The translations under genes were made by a program, and so were the position numbers. Of a stretch of 64,000 bases of DNA, positions 20,801 to 31,686 are shown one piece after another. Below the pieces are notes generated by a model that saw only the letters and a list, made by a program, of their open reading frames with translations, was not told the origin of the DNA and did not search any database. The first letter of the stretch is position 1; each line of letters begins with the position of its first letter. This DNA comes from an uncultured Gammaproteobacteria bacterium (lineage in GTDB: Bacteria > Patescibacteriota > Microgenomatia > CAZETR01 > Amesbacteraceae). Where the stretch lies: positions 267,046 to 331,045 of the forward strand of contig CAZFGX010000001.1 of assembly GCA_964518565.1 (NCBI GenBank). Direction: 5' to 3'.

Positions 20801-21948
20801 GATTTATATTTTGGTCAATGGCCTCGCAGGGTGAAGGAATATCGGGTGGAGATAGAATATATATTGAATTTGCAAAAAATTGGTCTAAAAATTTCGAGAT
20901 AGATATTATAACTTGGAAAGAAGGTATAAATATGATGAAAAGAAATGATTTGCTTCCGAACAGAAAAATTCATATCCATACTTTAAATAACAATAAACAT
21001 ATGGAATATATACCTAGAATTATTCATTCAATAAAGTATGCAATAAATTTAAAACTAGATCCAACAGAAAAGATCTTTGTTTATATGTCGTCTGAATTTT
21101 GGATGGATTGCTTTGGGGGTGTGATTGTTAAATATAGATATCCTCAAATTTCACTAGTTGCCACATGGTATCAAACTGCCCCAAATCCCTTGAATGGATT
21201 TGGAAAGAACAGGTATAGATTCAAATCTATACCCTATTGGTTTGTGCAACAAATATCCAAACCCCTTATTAGAAAATATGCTGACATAGTTTTTGTAAAT
21301 AACGATTTAGAAAAAAAAGAATTTTTAGAAAAAAAAACTATATCAGTTTTAGGTGCAGTAAATATACCAAAAATAATTAGTGAAAAAAAAATGAAACCAT
21401 CTATTAAAAAATATGAGGCAGTTTTCCAAGGCAGATTTCACCCTCAAAAAGGAGTAGAAGAGTTAATTGATATTTGGTCAAGGGTAGTAAAAAGAATGCC
21501 AAACGCAAGGTTGTGCATGATAGGGGATGGGGAATTGAAAACAAGCGTAGTAAAAAAAATAAGGGAAAAAAAACTAGAAAATAACATAGAATTAAAAGGG
21601 TATGTTTTTGACGGTGATAAGAAAAATCAACTATTCTCGCAGAGTAAGTTAGTCTTACATCCTGCATATTACGATAGTGGAGGTATGGCCTCAGCAGAAG
21701 CAATGATTTTTGGATTGCCGTGTATCGCATTTGATCTACCTGCCTATGATATGTATTATCCAGTTGGAATGATAAAGATACCCACAGGTAATTTAGATGA
21801 GTTTGCAAATAAAGTATATGAATTACTAATGGATAAAAAAATAAGAAATAGAATTGGCAGACAGGGTGCTGAATATATTAAAAAACATTCCACATGGAAA
21901 ATTCGTTCAGAAGAGATATTAAAAAAAATGACTAACAATGAAGACTAA
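20797..21948 (+). CDS. GT4 glycosyltransferase.
   Basis: C-terminal SGGMASAEAMIFGLPCIAFD EX7E-like motif. ATGA overlap with the upstream gene. Confidence 0.7.
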   Translation: MRFIFWSMASQGEGISGGDRIYIEFAKNWSKNFEIDIITWKEGINMMKRNDLLPNRKIHIHTLNNNKHMEYIPRIIHSIKYAINLKLDPTEKIFVYMSSEFWMDCFGGVIVKYRYPQISLVATWYQTAPNPLNGFGKNRYRFKSIPYWFVQQISKPLIRKYADIVFVNNDLEKKEFLEKKTISVLGAVNIPKIISEKKMKPSIKKYEAVFQGRFHPQKGVEELIDIWSRVVKRMPNARLCMIGDGELKTSVVKKIREKKLENNIELKGYVFDGDKKNQLFSQSKLVLHPAYYDSGGMASAEAMIFGLPCIAFDLPAYDMYYPVGMIKIPTGNLDEFANKVYELLMDKKIRNRIGRQGAEYIKKHSTWKIRSEEILKKMTNNED

Positions 21949-22963
21949 ATTAGTTACTGTAATAATAGTTAATTTCAACGGAAAAGAGTGGTTGAAAGGG
22001 TTGTTACCAAACTTAACAAATCAAACATACAAAAATATTCAAATAATTATTGTAGACAATAACTCTTCCGACGAATCAACTAACTATGTCACAACATGTT
22101 ATAAAAGTATAAAGCTGATTTCTTGTAAAAAAAATGAAGGATTTGCTGCGGGGAACAATATGGGTATCGAAAAAGCAGATGGAGAATATATCATTTTGTT
22201 GAATAATGACACATGGGTACCGAAAGATTACGTAGAAAATTTTATTAGAGTGTTTGATAAATATCCAAACTGCGGGATTGCACAGTCAAAAATATTATTT
22301 ATGAATGAGTCAAAAAAAATAGATAGTTGCGGTTCATTTCTGACATCATGGGGGTTTCAATATTATATTGGCAACAATAAGTCATCAAACCTTAAGAAAT
22401 ATAACAAACCATTTAAAATATTTTCCGTTAAAGGGGCTTCGATGATATTTAAAAAATCAATTTTAATTAAAATAGATATGTTTAACACTGATTATTGGAG
22501 CTATTATGAAGAAACTGATCTTTGTCACCGTGCCCTTATGCAAAACTATGAAATAATGTATTGGCCTGAAACATATATATTACATGCTATTGGTGGAACA
22601 TCAACAAAATTTCCGAATAAAAAAATTCAATTTCATAATTATAAAAATAAAATGAATAGTCTAATCACAAATTTAGAAACATACACTTTATTCAAAATAC
22701 TACCAAAGTTTATTTTTCTAAATATTTTGATTAGTTTTGTTTGGATTTTAAGAGGTCAGTTTGGCAATTCGATGTCAATATATAAAGCATTTTTTTGGAT
22801 ATTAAATAATTTAAGAAAAATTTATTTACAACGTATTCGTATTCAATCAAATCGGAAGGTTAATGATGGAACACTATTTAAAGAATATATGAAATTTCCG
22901 TCAATTAAATACTATTATTATTTATTAAATAATAATTTAAATAAATATTCGGATCAAATATGA
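21938..22963 (+). CDS. GT2 family glycosyltransferase.
   Basis: VTVIIVNFNG, IIIVDNNSSDES and LNNDT (DXD) motifs, and a C-terminal TM segment. Confidence 0.8.
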   Translation: MKTKLVTVIIVNFNGKEWLKGLLPNLTNQTYKNIQIIIVDNNSSDESTNYVTTCYKSIKLISCKKNEGFAAGNNMGIEKADGEYIILLNNDTWVPKDYVENFIRVFDKYPNCGIAQSKILFMNESKKIDSCGSFLTSWGFQYYIGNNKSSNLKKYNKPFKIFSVKGASMIFKKSILIKIDMFNTDYWSYYEETDLCHRALMQNYEIMYWPETYILHAIGGTSTKFPNKKIQFHNYKNKMNSLITNLETYTLFKILPKFIFLNILISFVWILRGQFGNSMSIYKAFFWILNNLRKIYLQRIRIQSNRKVNDGTLFKEYMKFPSIKYYYYLLNNNLNKYSDQI

Positions 22964-23646
22964 AAAAATATAATATAAACTATTATAAAAGACATGTAAA
23001 AGGCCATTTAGAAATATTGTATTTAAAAATAATTTTTACATTAAGAAGGAAAGAAATCGAAAAATTTCTTTCTAATAAAACAAAAAAATTGATATTAGAT
23101 ATTGGATGCGGAGACGGAGGATTTTTATCAGTATTTAATAATCATGAATATGAGATTATGGGAATCGATCATTATTTGCCCAAGATAAATCAGAATTTTA
23201 AGACAATTAGAGGAGATTTTGCAAAATATAAATTTAATCAAAAATTTGACATAATAACTGCAAACCATGTAATTGAGCATGTCGATGATTCTAATAAATT
23301 TATTCGAAAAGTCTCAAATATAATAAAACCCGGAGGAATATTTGCAATTTCAACTCCTAATAGAAATAGCTTCGGCTCGCGAATTGGAAAAAAAGATTGG
23401 TATCATGCTGATACTAAATTTCACAAACATATATACACTCAAGCCGAACTTATTTCAGTTTTATGTTCAAACGGTTTTGTAATTCTTGAATCTCATGGTG
23501 AATTTCCAGGGTTTCCATTTGATATTTATCGCACATATCTTAAAAAGGGTATTTTGTGGATTTTTACATTGCCGCTATTTCAGATATTAAAATTTATTAA
23601 TCCAGAGACGTTCGTAATAATATGCAAAAAGCAATACGATTACTAA
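22960..23646 (+). CDS. Class I SAM-dependent methyltransferase.
   Basis: ILDIGCGDGGF motif I. ATGA overlap with the upstream gene. Confidence 0.75.
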   Translation: MKKYNINYYKRHVKGHLEILYLKIIFTLRRKEIEKFLSNKTKKLILDIGCGDGGFLSVFNNHEYEIMGIDHYLPKINQNFKTIRGDFAKYKFNQKFDIITANHVIEHVDDSNKFIRKVSNIIKPGGIFAISTPNRNSFGSRIGKKDWYHADTKFHKHIYTQAELISVLCSNGFVILESHGEFPGFPFDIYRTYLKKGILWIFTLPLFQILKFINPETFVIICKKQYDY

Positions 23647-25538
23647 TACCAGTCATCCTTTTAATATGCCCGCTTTTATTGTGGGGGAATAGATTTATAG
23701 TAGGGGGGGATGATTCTAAACTTTACTATGCATACCCAGAACTATATATAAAGAACTTTGCGTTAAATTTAGAGCAGAACAATACTTTATCAGGTGCCCA
23801 AACTGGTTATCAGCCTTTATCATATTTTATTCCCCTTTTGCTGGCAATTAAGTTTTTAAAATTTATACCTATTCTAAATCCTCAAATGATTCTATATGGA
23901 ATTAACCTATCTTTAGGATATTTAGGATTTTTGTCATTTCTGAAACAGTTAACTAAAAAATATCCACCAATAACATCAGGGCTACTATATATAACATCAT
24001 CTTTGCTAGGGCAAACTCTGTATGCACATCAATTACCATCAATTTATCTTGTTGGTACATGTCCGTGGATATTATTTTTTTTGTTAAAGTCAGTTGAATA
24101 TAACAAAAAACATTTTGCAATAATTTCAGCTGCCATTGCTTCTGTCGGAAGTAGTACGCTACTAACCCTGCCTTGGTCTATGGCGTTTATTGTAGGTTCA
24201 CTACCGCTGTTTATTTGGATGTTGGCTAAATATAAATTAATTTTATGTAAACATATCACAGTTTTTGTTTTTTCATTTTTGGTAATTAATACTTATTGGA
24301 TTGCTCCATATATTGATTCACAAATTTTTTCAAAAAAAAACGCTTTAATTAATTCATATTCCGGACAAAGTTTTATTAATGAAAATGTCAGAATAGTAGC
24401 TGGCGTTAGTAATTTATACCAACCAATAAATATTTTCTCTCAACAATTACAGCCGACATCTTCATACCTTTTAAAATTTATATTATCGGCCAGTGTATGT
24501 AGCATATTGATAATAAAAGGAATAAAAAAAAACAATTCAAAATTGGTATACATCTCATTTTTAGCTTTAATTTTAAATTTATTTTTAATTTCTCCAGGAG
24601 TGAGTTCATATGGAGTAAAAATATTCATTTGGTTAACAAAAAATATTCCATTTTGGGGTATGTTCAGAAATATGTATGATAAATTTTCTTTACCACTTAG
24701 TTTTTGGTTTGCAACATGTGCAGGAATTGCTATTCAATTTACAACAAACAAACTTAAAAAAGTATTTTTGACTATTTTATCCTGTCTGTCTGTACTATTT
24801 TCAATTAAGGACTATATACCTAATTTAAAGTTAATGAATGGATCGCGTGCATATTTCACTGGAAATTTCAGTTCTGACTTTGTTGATTTAGTAAGTTATT
24901 TATCTAAAAAAAATGATGGTAGAGTTATGTGGCTTCCTTTAAACTATCCGGCGTATTCATCAATTCAAGATAGCCAAGGAAATATATACTACGGTCCATC
25001 CCCTTTAAGAGAAATGGCAAATATTGATGACTTCACAGGAAGATTTAGTTTTCTTACATCAAATAACGTTGATTGGGGTAATAGGATAATTTCAGACATC
25101 CTTAAAAAAGATTATTCTTCATTAAAATCAGCAATTAATTTATTAAATATTAAGTACATTATTATTAATAATTTGGAGTTGAACAAAGAAATGTCGGAGT
25201 TTTTTTATGGTGGGGTAGAACAACAAATACTTTCAGCGCAGAATGGTGACTATATACAAAATATAGTAGGAGAAAAAATTACATCATTTGGAAATTTTGA
25301 TGTATATAAAGTATCAAAAGAAATCGAAAATAAAAATCCAAATTTTGTTTCCATTGCCTACTCTTCACACTGGATAAGTAGTAAATCAGGTGAACAGCTC
25401 TTACCGAGAAAAACATTCGGTATGATTTCAGAAAACAAAGATATCAAATTCAAATTGCCTGTTGTTATACCGTTCATTACGATCATATCCTTATTACTAT
25501 TTATACCTGGGTTTGTAATATGCTACCAAAAAAAATAG
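23622..25538 (+). CDS. Large polytopic membrane protein, paralog B. Putative GT-C-like glycosyltransferase.
   Basis: 638 aa and multi-helix. Shares the FRNMYDKFSLPL motif with paralog C. Confidence 0.5.
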   Translation: MQKAIRLLIPVILLICPLLLWGNRFIVGGDDSKLYYAYPELYIKNFALNLEQNNTLSGAQTGYQPLSYFIPLLLAIKFLKFIPILNPQMILYGINLSLGYLGFLSFLKQLTKKYPPITSGLLYITSSLLGQTLYAHQLPSIYLVGTCPWILFFLLKSVEYNKKHFAIISAAIASVGSSTLLTLPWSMAFIVGSLPLFIWMLAKYKLILCKHITVFVFSFLVINTYWIAPYIDSQIFSKKNALINSYSGQSFINENVRIVAGVSNLYQPINIFSQQLQPTSSYLLKFILSASVCSILIIKGIKKNNSKLVYISFLALILNLFLISPGVSSYGVKIFIWLTKNIPFWGMFRNMYDKFSLPLSFWFATCAGIAIQFTTNKLKKVFLTILSCLSVLFSIKDYIPNLKLMNGSRAYFTGNFSSDFVDLVSYLSKKNDGRVMWLPLNYPAYSSIQDSQGNIYYGPSPLREMANIDDFTGRFSFLTSNNVDWGNRIISDILKKDYSSLKSAINLLNIKYIIINNLELNKEMSEFFYGGVEQQILSAQNGDYIQNIVGEKITSFGNFDVYKVSKEIENKNPNFVSIAYSSHWISSKSGEQLLPRKTFGMISENKDIKFKLPVVIPFITIISLLLFIPGFVICYQKK

Positions 25539-28402
25539 CGTTTATAGGGGTTATTTTTCTGTACTCCTTGGTAATAAATTTGTCTATATACAATCCTGGT
25601 ATTTTTATCCTATCAAGACATATACTGTCATATCGTGAATCAAAAATTATTAACATACAGAAATATGAATCAGGTATAGAATTTTCTTTACCGGTATCAA
25701 GACCTTATTTGGGAATCATAGAGTTAGAGGTTCCGAAGGTTAAAGATCCAAATAGTGAAATAATTTTCACCTTTGAAAACGAAGATAAATCAATTTTAGC
25801 TCAGTCAAAATTTCAATATTTTCAAATAAAAGATACAAATCCGTACCCGTTAGGTATTCCGGTTAAAAATAACTCTGAAAATAAAAAACTCACGATTAAA
25901 ATTTCCTTTAACACTGTTCAAAATGGGGGTTACGACAAAAATCAAATTCAAACTTCTTTAACATATATCTATCCCAAATCGATACTTTTACATCCTAAAT
26001 ATTTACTAGACACGATAAAAACGAATTTTGAAATTATATTCCCTTCAAGCGGTTCGGTTGCTTTATTAATTGTAAGCGCAATTGTTGCGGTTTATATCGC
26101 AGTTTACGGATCAAAACATAGTGATATATTGCCAATTGTAGTACTAGTAGCCGTTGGAATTTGTTCTGTCTTAAAAGAAAAAAATATAGCTGATAAATTA
26201 TTGATATATTTTTATATTTCAATAATTGCTTCAATATCGTTAAAAATTTTTAAAGAATTTATTAATAAATACAAAATTAAATCAGCAAATAAATCGGTAA
26301 TTATATCAACTATTACAATATTTATTGTGCTAATTTCATTTAGTTCGTGGTATTTTTTAGGGGGTGATGAAACAAGAATTTATTATTTATATCCAGAAAA
26401 ATATTTGTCAAATTATGTATCAAACATTATTGAAAATACAACCCCAAGCAATATTTCAATGTATGTTCCAGTAAATGCGCTTAGACTATTCGTTTTGTGC
26501 ATTAAAATTCAAAAATTTATTTTACCGTTTGTTAACACACAAATATTTTTATTTTGCATAAACTTGCTAATAGCGTTAATTGCATTCTACAAAATGTGTA
26601 GTTTGTACATCAAACGCTCGTCTTATAGCATGATATTGTGTGGTTCAGGGGCATTTTTATATGTTTTTTCTATATTTAATGCATATACAATATTTAATTC
26701 CCAAAACTATTCGCAATATTTACTATCAATTTTTCCAGTCACGTTTATTCTTCTACGAAAATTTTTAGACACAAAAAAATATATTTATATCGGAATAATT
26801 ACAGCAATATATTTTATTATTCCGATATACCCACTGATTCCAATATTAGGGGCATTAATAATTGGATTTTTACCAGTGTTTATTCAGTGGATATATTTGT
26901 ATAAAAAAACTTTCTTCACTACAGTATTTTTACTGTCAATAACGATAACTGCTACAAATATTCACTGGTTGGGCCATTTAATAATTCAGCAAACAAATAG
27001 AAATTTAATTCAAACGAACAATACAATCTTCAATATAGGAGACAAAAAGCAGAACAGCGACGCTATAATTTCAACATCCAAACAGTTAAACCCTATCTAT
27101 CCATTTTTACATTTATATCCATATGATGTACAAAAAAATTTAAACTGGCCACAATTATCGGTATATGAATCGTGGTACTTAAATATAGCTCCATTTAATT
27201 TCATATTTATAGTAATAATACTTGTAGGTTTATACGAAAATATACGCCTAAGAAAAAATCTGAGCATCTATATCTCATTTGTTTTTGTGATCTTTTATTT
27301 TTGTGGAAATCTTGGATTTATCAAACCAAACTTTTTTGCAGGTCTTGTTACTAGTCATACTGTTTTGCTGATGTTTAGAAATATGTATGACAAGTTTGCC
27401 CTCCCTTTGGCTTTAATCTATGCATTATGTTTGACTATTTCATTGGATGTTATTCTGAGGAAATATTCAAGTATTCAGATTCAAAAAACCATAATATGTA
27501 CTATTTGTATCCTTATTTTCTTGAATATTTTTCCTGTTATTGATGGAAGGTTCCAATCTTTGCCAATATGGGGTACTTCATCATCGTATTCATACATATC
27601 AAAATTTAATCGAGACTACATAAATTTGGCAAAAGAAGTCGAATCCCTACCTTTAAAAACAAAAATAATCACTCTACCTTTAAGTGAAGGTAATTTAGCA
27701 GTAATTGATGATGATTTTGTTAAAAAGCATTATTACGTTGGAGTCTCCCCAATGCTAATTCTGTCAGGAAAAAATGATGTATCCGGTTTTTTAAGTTTTG
27801 GAGTTAATAAAAACCTGGCTGAAAATCTTATTGAGTCAAAACAATTCAAAGAGTTCGGATATTTGCTTAAACAGCTAGGGATTACTCATATAGTAATGTT
27901 CAATAACCTTCCCAAAGAAATTAAATATAGCAATATTTTTACTCCTAAACATTTGTCATCAACAGACATGTTGTTTAATACATTAGTGGGCAAAAAAATT
28001 AAATCATTTGGAAATCGTTACTCATTATATGAGATAAAAGATGAATTTAAAGGCAGTTTTTTTACTGTAGACGGTAACCCAGTTGAATTTAATCAAATTG
28101 CAAAATCCAAATATTTATTAGAGGTGCCAATTACTTCAAAATCAGTAAAACTATCAGAATATATAAACCCATTTTGGACACTTGAAATAGATAAAAAAAG
28201 ACTTAGGCCAGAAGCAGATAATACATTTGGTATGAATTGGACCCTGCCTACATCAATAAAAAATAAAACTATAGTGGTGAATTTTTTACCTCAAATGAGC
28301 GTTCTTCCATTTTGGATGATGTCTTTCGTTGGCTGGATAACTATAATCATCATATATATTTATTATGAAAAAAAATATAAAAAAAACCGTACCACTAATT
28401 GA
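25520..28402 (+). CDS. Large polytopic membrane protein, paralog C. Putative GT-C-like glycosyltransferase.
   Basis: 960 aa. FRNMYDKFALPL motif and C-terminal YINPFWTLE motif, matching the other paralogs. Confidence 0.5.
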   Translation: MLPKKIAFIGVIFLYSLVINLSIYNPGIFILSRHILSYRESKIINIQKYESGIEFSLPVSRPYLGIIELEVPKVKDPNSEIIFTFENEDKSILAQSKFQYFQIKDTNPYPLGIPVKNNSENKKLTIKISFNTVQNGGYDKNQIQTSLTYIYPKSILLHPKYLLDTIKTNFEIIFPSSGSVALLIVSAIVAVYIAVYGSKHSDILPIVVLVAVGICSVLKEKNIADKLLIYFYISIIASISLKIFKEFINKYKIKSANKSVIISTITIFIVLISFSSWYFLGGDETRIYYLYPEKYLSNYVSNIIENTTPSNISMYVPVNALRLFVLCIKIQKFILPFVNTQIFLFCINLLIALIAFYKMCSLYIKRSSYSMILCGSGAFLYVFSIFNAYTIFNSQNYSQYLLSIFPVTFILLRKFLDTKKYIYIGIITAIYFIIPIYPLIPILGALIIGFLPVFIQWIYLYKKTFFTTVFLLSITITATNIHWLGHLIIQQTNRNLIQTNNTIFNIGDKKQNSDAIISTSKQLNPIYPFLHLYPYDVQKNLNWPQLSVYESWYLNIAPFNFIFIVIILVGLYENIRLRKNLSIYISFVFVIFYFCGNLGFIKPNFFAGLVTSHTVLLMFRNMYDKFALPLALIYALCLTISLDVILRKYSSIQIQKTIICTICILIFLNIFPVIDGRFQSLPIWGTSSSYSYISKFNRDYINLAKEVESLPLKTKIITLPLSEGNLAVIDDDFVKKHYYVGVSPMLILSGKNDVSGFLSFGVNKNLAENLIESKQFKEFGYLLKQLGITHIVMFNNLPKEIKYSNIFTPKHLSSTDMLFNTLVGKKIKSFGNRYSLYEIKDEFKGSFFTVDGNPVEFNQIAKSKYLLEVPITSKSVKLSEYINPFWTLEIDKKRLRPEADNTFGMNWTLPTSIKNKTIVVNFLPQMSVLPFWMMSFVGWITIIIIYIYYEKKYKKNRTTN

Positions 28403-28540
28403 ATATATATGTTTTGTTATCTGTCTATGTGGTTTGGTATTAGCAACAAACTTTAAAAAAAACTACACAATATATTTTGAATTTTTAATTATTGCATGCC
28501 TTGTCATTCTATTAGTCAGATATAGAAAAAAATAATAAAT

Positions 28541-31069
28541 ATGTTTGGCGCTCACGATTTGCCATATTTATACCCCGAGCAGGTAAAATCTTTTTTCCAA
28601 TTACCCATGATCTGGTCAGAAAAAAATCATGAGGCATTTGGTTTATACAATGTATCCATTTTATGGAATTGGCCAATTGAGTTTTTGTATGGATTGGGTG
28701 GCCGTATAGGAATTGACTATAATTTATTAATAATTCTATTTGGTTTGTTACCCTTTGTTGTATTCGGTTCAACGGGTCTTTATAGATTATTATCAGAATA
28801 TAAACTTAGTAAAAAAACTATAACAGTTACGATTATATTTTTTTTGCTAAATCCATTTACTCTATTGTTAATCGATGGCGGCCAATTAAACTTAGCAGTT
28901 GCATATGCACTTTTGCCATTAGCATTTAGTTATAGAAAAAATCTTAAAAATTTCTTGTGGACTTGTGTTGCAATTTCCATCTTTGATTTAAGAATCATTC
29001 TTTTTCTTGAGATGTTGCTCGGCGCAAGAGCTATTTTATCACCGTCAGAAATTAAACCAATTTTTAAAAATGTATTTTTATCTTTAATAGTTCTATTCAT
29101 CTGTCATTTATACTGGATACTGCCTGCAGCTATTGTTAAGTTACCCTCCCTTCCCGAGTCATATACTGAATCTTCACAAATCGACACATTAAGTTTTGCA
29201 AAGTTATCTGATTCAATAATCTTTTACCAACCACATTGGCCAAAAAATATTTTTGGTCAATTGACGACTCCTGCAATTGGTCTGATTGTTTTGCCTGTCA
29301 TAGTTTTTTTTGCTCTATTAACAAAAAAAGATAATAACGCTATATCTTATTGGTGTTTCGTTTCAATACTTGGAGTTTTTTTATCAAAAGGCTCAAATCC
29401 TCCACTAATAAATATTTATAAATACTTATTCATAAATATTCCCGGGTTTAATTTATTCAGGGATCCAATTAAGTTTTATATGTTTATTGGATTAGGTTAT
29501 TCAATACTTTTAGCTTTTTCAATTGAGTATATACAACAAAGAAAAAATAAAATTTTCTACTTCCTTGTTGTAATGTATTTATTATTTATATGTGCACCTA
29601 TTATTAAAAATGAATTTACGGGTTTGTTATCGTTGCCACGAAGCATGCAGGGTTATATCTCACTAGCAAATAGTTTGAGCAAATCCTCTCCAGGAAAAAT
29701 AGTATGGATACCCTCTAAGCCTTCTATTGGATATTCAGATGTCAAACACCCTTCGTCTGACGCACTTACCTTTTTAGATAAGCAACCGATAGAGGTAAAT
29801 ATAAAAGGCACGTACGAAACATTAAACTATTTAAGAGAGCCAACAGAAATTGGAAAAGTTTTCCCTGCAATAGGTATTAAATACTTAGCCATAAGTGCAA
29901 TTGACTCGAAAAGAGATAGTACCAAGCCAGAAGATATAAGATATCACCAGTTTTTAATAAATGAAATTATAAAGAATGATTGGACCGAAAAATCTGAATT
30001 ATTTAATGATGTAAATCTTATTCAAGTCAAAACACCTGAAGATTTTTTTTCATTAAAAAGTCAAGTTATTTTTGTAAGTGGATCTCAATATATCTATAAA
30101 TCATTCTCTAGTCTAAAACATACAGGTATAGTTTTTACTGATTTAATACCAGAACTGTCGTTACGGTTAGCAGAATACCCTAGTGCTATCATGTCACATG
30201 AGCATGGCTCAATATCTAATAAAATATCTGGATATATACCTTCTAAAAATTTAATTAAATTAACAGATTTACTAAACGAAACTCCAGATAAAACTGGATG
30301 GTGGAAAAGAAATTCGTCTGAGATTGTTTGGTGGAGGGATTTTCTAAAAAATAAATATAATATTGAAAACTCCGACTTTGATCCAAACCAAGGATGGTCA
30401 ATCTCAGAAGGCGCTCATAAATTAGATTTTAAAACCAAAAATTGTTCGGATTGTTATCTATTTATAAAGGTTTTACAAAGTACTGCCGGTGGTGATATTA
30501 AAATTTATCAAAACAATAAAGAACTAATTAAGCTAAATACAAAAGATGACTCAAACTCCTTTAATTGGTTTAATGTTAGACTAGAATCTGACAAAGATAA
30601 AATAACTCTATCTACTGATGGTGACTTAAATGTCGTAAATACTATAGCAACAATCTCTCAAACACAATTAACTAATTTTAGTGAATATTACCAATCTGCC
30701 ACTATAAATAGTCGAAAAATTTCTCCTCAGACATCTCAGATAAAACTTTTATCAAAGAAAATAAATCCTACATTGTATAAAATAAAAATATCCGGTATTA
30801 AAAATCCCATTATGTTGACCATGTCTCAAAACTATGATTCAAATTGGAGACTATCAGGTCAAAAATCGCTACCTGTTTATGGATTAATTAATGGATTTTC
30901 AATTACAAAAGATGGCGAGTATACTATCGAGTATTATCCTCAAAAATATGTGTATTCAGGGCTAATTATTAGTTTAGTTACCGGAATAATGGTTAGTTCA
31001 CTTAAATTATTTAGAACCTTATGGAAAAGAAAAACTACGATAATTACTTCAAAAAGCATTACAAACTGA
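28541..31069 (+). CDS. Large polytopic membrane protein, paralog D. Putative GT-C-like glycosyltransferase.
   Basis: 842 aa. KGSNPPLIN...FRDPIKF motif and C-terminal NYDSNWRLSG...INGFS motif. Preceded by the only sizeable intergenic gap (28403..28540) in this part of the locus. Confidence 0.5.
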   Translation: MFGAHDLPYLYPEQVKSFFQLPMIWSEKNHEAFGLYNVSILWNWPIEFLYGLGGRIGIDYNLLIILFGLLPFVVFGSTGLYRLLSEYKLSKKTITVTIIFFLLNPFTLLLIDGGQLNLAVAYALLPLAFSYRKNLKNFLWTCVAISIFDLRIILFLEMLLGARAILSPSEIKPIFKNVFLSLIVLFICHLYWILPAAIVKLPSLPESYTESSQIDTLSFAKLSDSIIFYQPHWPKNIFGQLTTPAIGLIVLPVIVFFALLTKKDNNAISYWCFVSILGVFLSKGSNPPLINIYKYLFINIPGFNLFRDPIKFYMFIGLGYSILLAFSIEYIQQRKNKIFYFLVVMYLLFICAPIIKNEFTGLLSLPRSMQGYISLANSLSKSSPGKIVWIPSKPSIGYSDVKHPSSDALTFLDKQPIEVNIKGTYETLNYLREPTEIGKVFPAIGIKYLAISAIDSKRDSTKPEDIRYHQFLINEIIKNDWTEKSELFNDVNLIQVKTPEDFFSLKSQVIFVSGSQYIYKSFSSLKHTGIVFTDLIPELSLRLAEYPSAIMSHEHGSISNKISGYIPSKNLIKLTDLLNETPDKTGWWKRNSSEIVWWRDFLKNKYNIENSDFDPNQGWSISEGAHKLDFKTKNCSDCYLFIKVLQSTAGGDIKIYQNNKELIKLNTKDDSNSFNWFNVRLESDKDKITLSTDGDLNVVNTIATISQTQLTNFSEYYQSATINSRKISPQTSQIKLLSKKINPTLYKIKISGIKNPIMLTMSQNYDSNWRLSGQKSLPVYGLINGFSITKDGEYTIEYYPQKYVYSGLIISLVTGIMVSSLKLFRTLWKRKTTIITSKSITN

Positions 31070-31686
31070 CATTTTCTCCTCAGGATCTAAAAAAGTCGTC
31101 AAATTGGCTTTATCCCCAATGGTCATTTATATCAAAAAAAGTCTCATTAAGCGACAAAACTCATATTCTGGAAATAGGTTCTGGATATGGCGGTTTTCTA
31201 AATTATTTATTGCCACATATTGATAAAAACAAATATGTAGGGCTAGATTTAGATTCACAGGTTGTAAAATTTACAAATAAAACATTTGACATGAGATCGT
31301 GTAAAAATACTTCGATTGAAGAGTTTAATACAAACAAAAAATTTGATTATATTTTTGCATTTGAAGTGCTCGAACATGTTGAAAATCCCTTAGAAGTTAT
31401 AAAAAAAATCCATAAATTGCTAAAACCTGAGACTGGGATATTTATTGGAACAAGTCCATACCCCTATACGAAAAATGTAATTGCTGACAAAACACATATG
31501 CATGTTTTGCATCCCAAAACTTGGGAAAAATTTTTTCTACTATCAAAATTTACATCAGTGGATACATATCCTATGACATTTATTCCATATTTATGGCGTA
31601 TATCTAAATTTTTAAACCCCCGTATTCCAATATATCTTCCTCAAAAACACATCATATCTACATCGCTTATAATAGCCAAAGTATGA
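31021..31686 (+). CDS. Class I SAM-dependent methyltransferase.
   Basis: ILEIGSGYGGF motif I and downstream FAFEVLEHV motif. Confidence 0.7.
   Translation: MEKKNYDNYFKKHYKLTFSPQDLKKSSNWLYPQWSFISKKVSLSDKTHILEIGSGYGGFLNYLLPHIDKNKYVGLDLDSQVVKFTNKTFDMRSCKNTSIEEFNTNKKFDYIFAFEVLEHVENPLEVIKKIHKLLKPETGIFIGTSPYPYTKNVIADKTHMHVLHPKTWEKFFLLSKFTSVDTYPMTFIPYLWRISKFLNPRIPIYLPQKHIISTSLIIAKV

Noticed and set aside
28403-28540. Possible sigma70-type promoter in the 138-nt gap (TTGCAT at 28492-28497, TTGTCA at 28501-28506, TATAGA at 28521-28526).
   Set aside because: The hexamer spacings are 23 and 14 nt, and neither fits the canonical 16-18 nt. The region is probably a promoter, but I cannot place the elements confidently, so I did not annotate a feature.
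28512-28772. Minus-strand 86-aa ORF spanning the only sizeable intergenic gap.
   Set aside because: It mostly overlaps the 5' end of the plus-strand membrane-protein gene (28541..31069). Its sequence is low complexity with no motif. It is more likely the antisense of a real gene plus promoter region.
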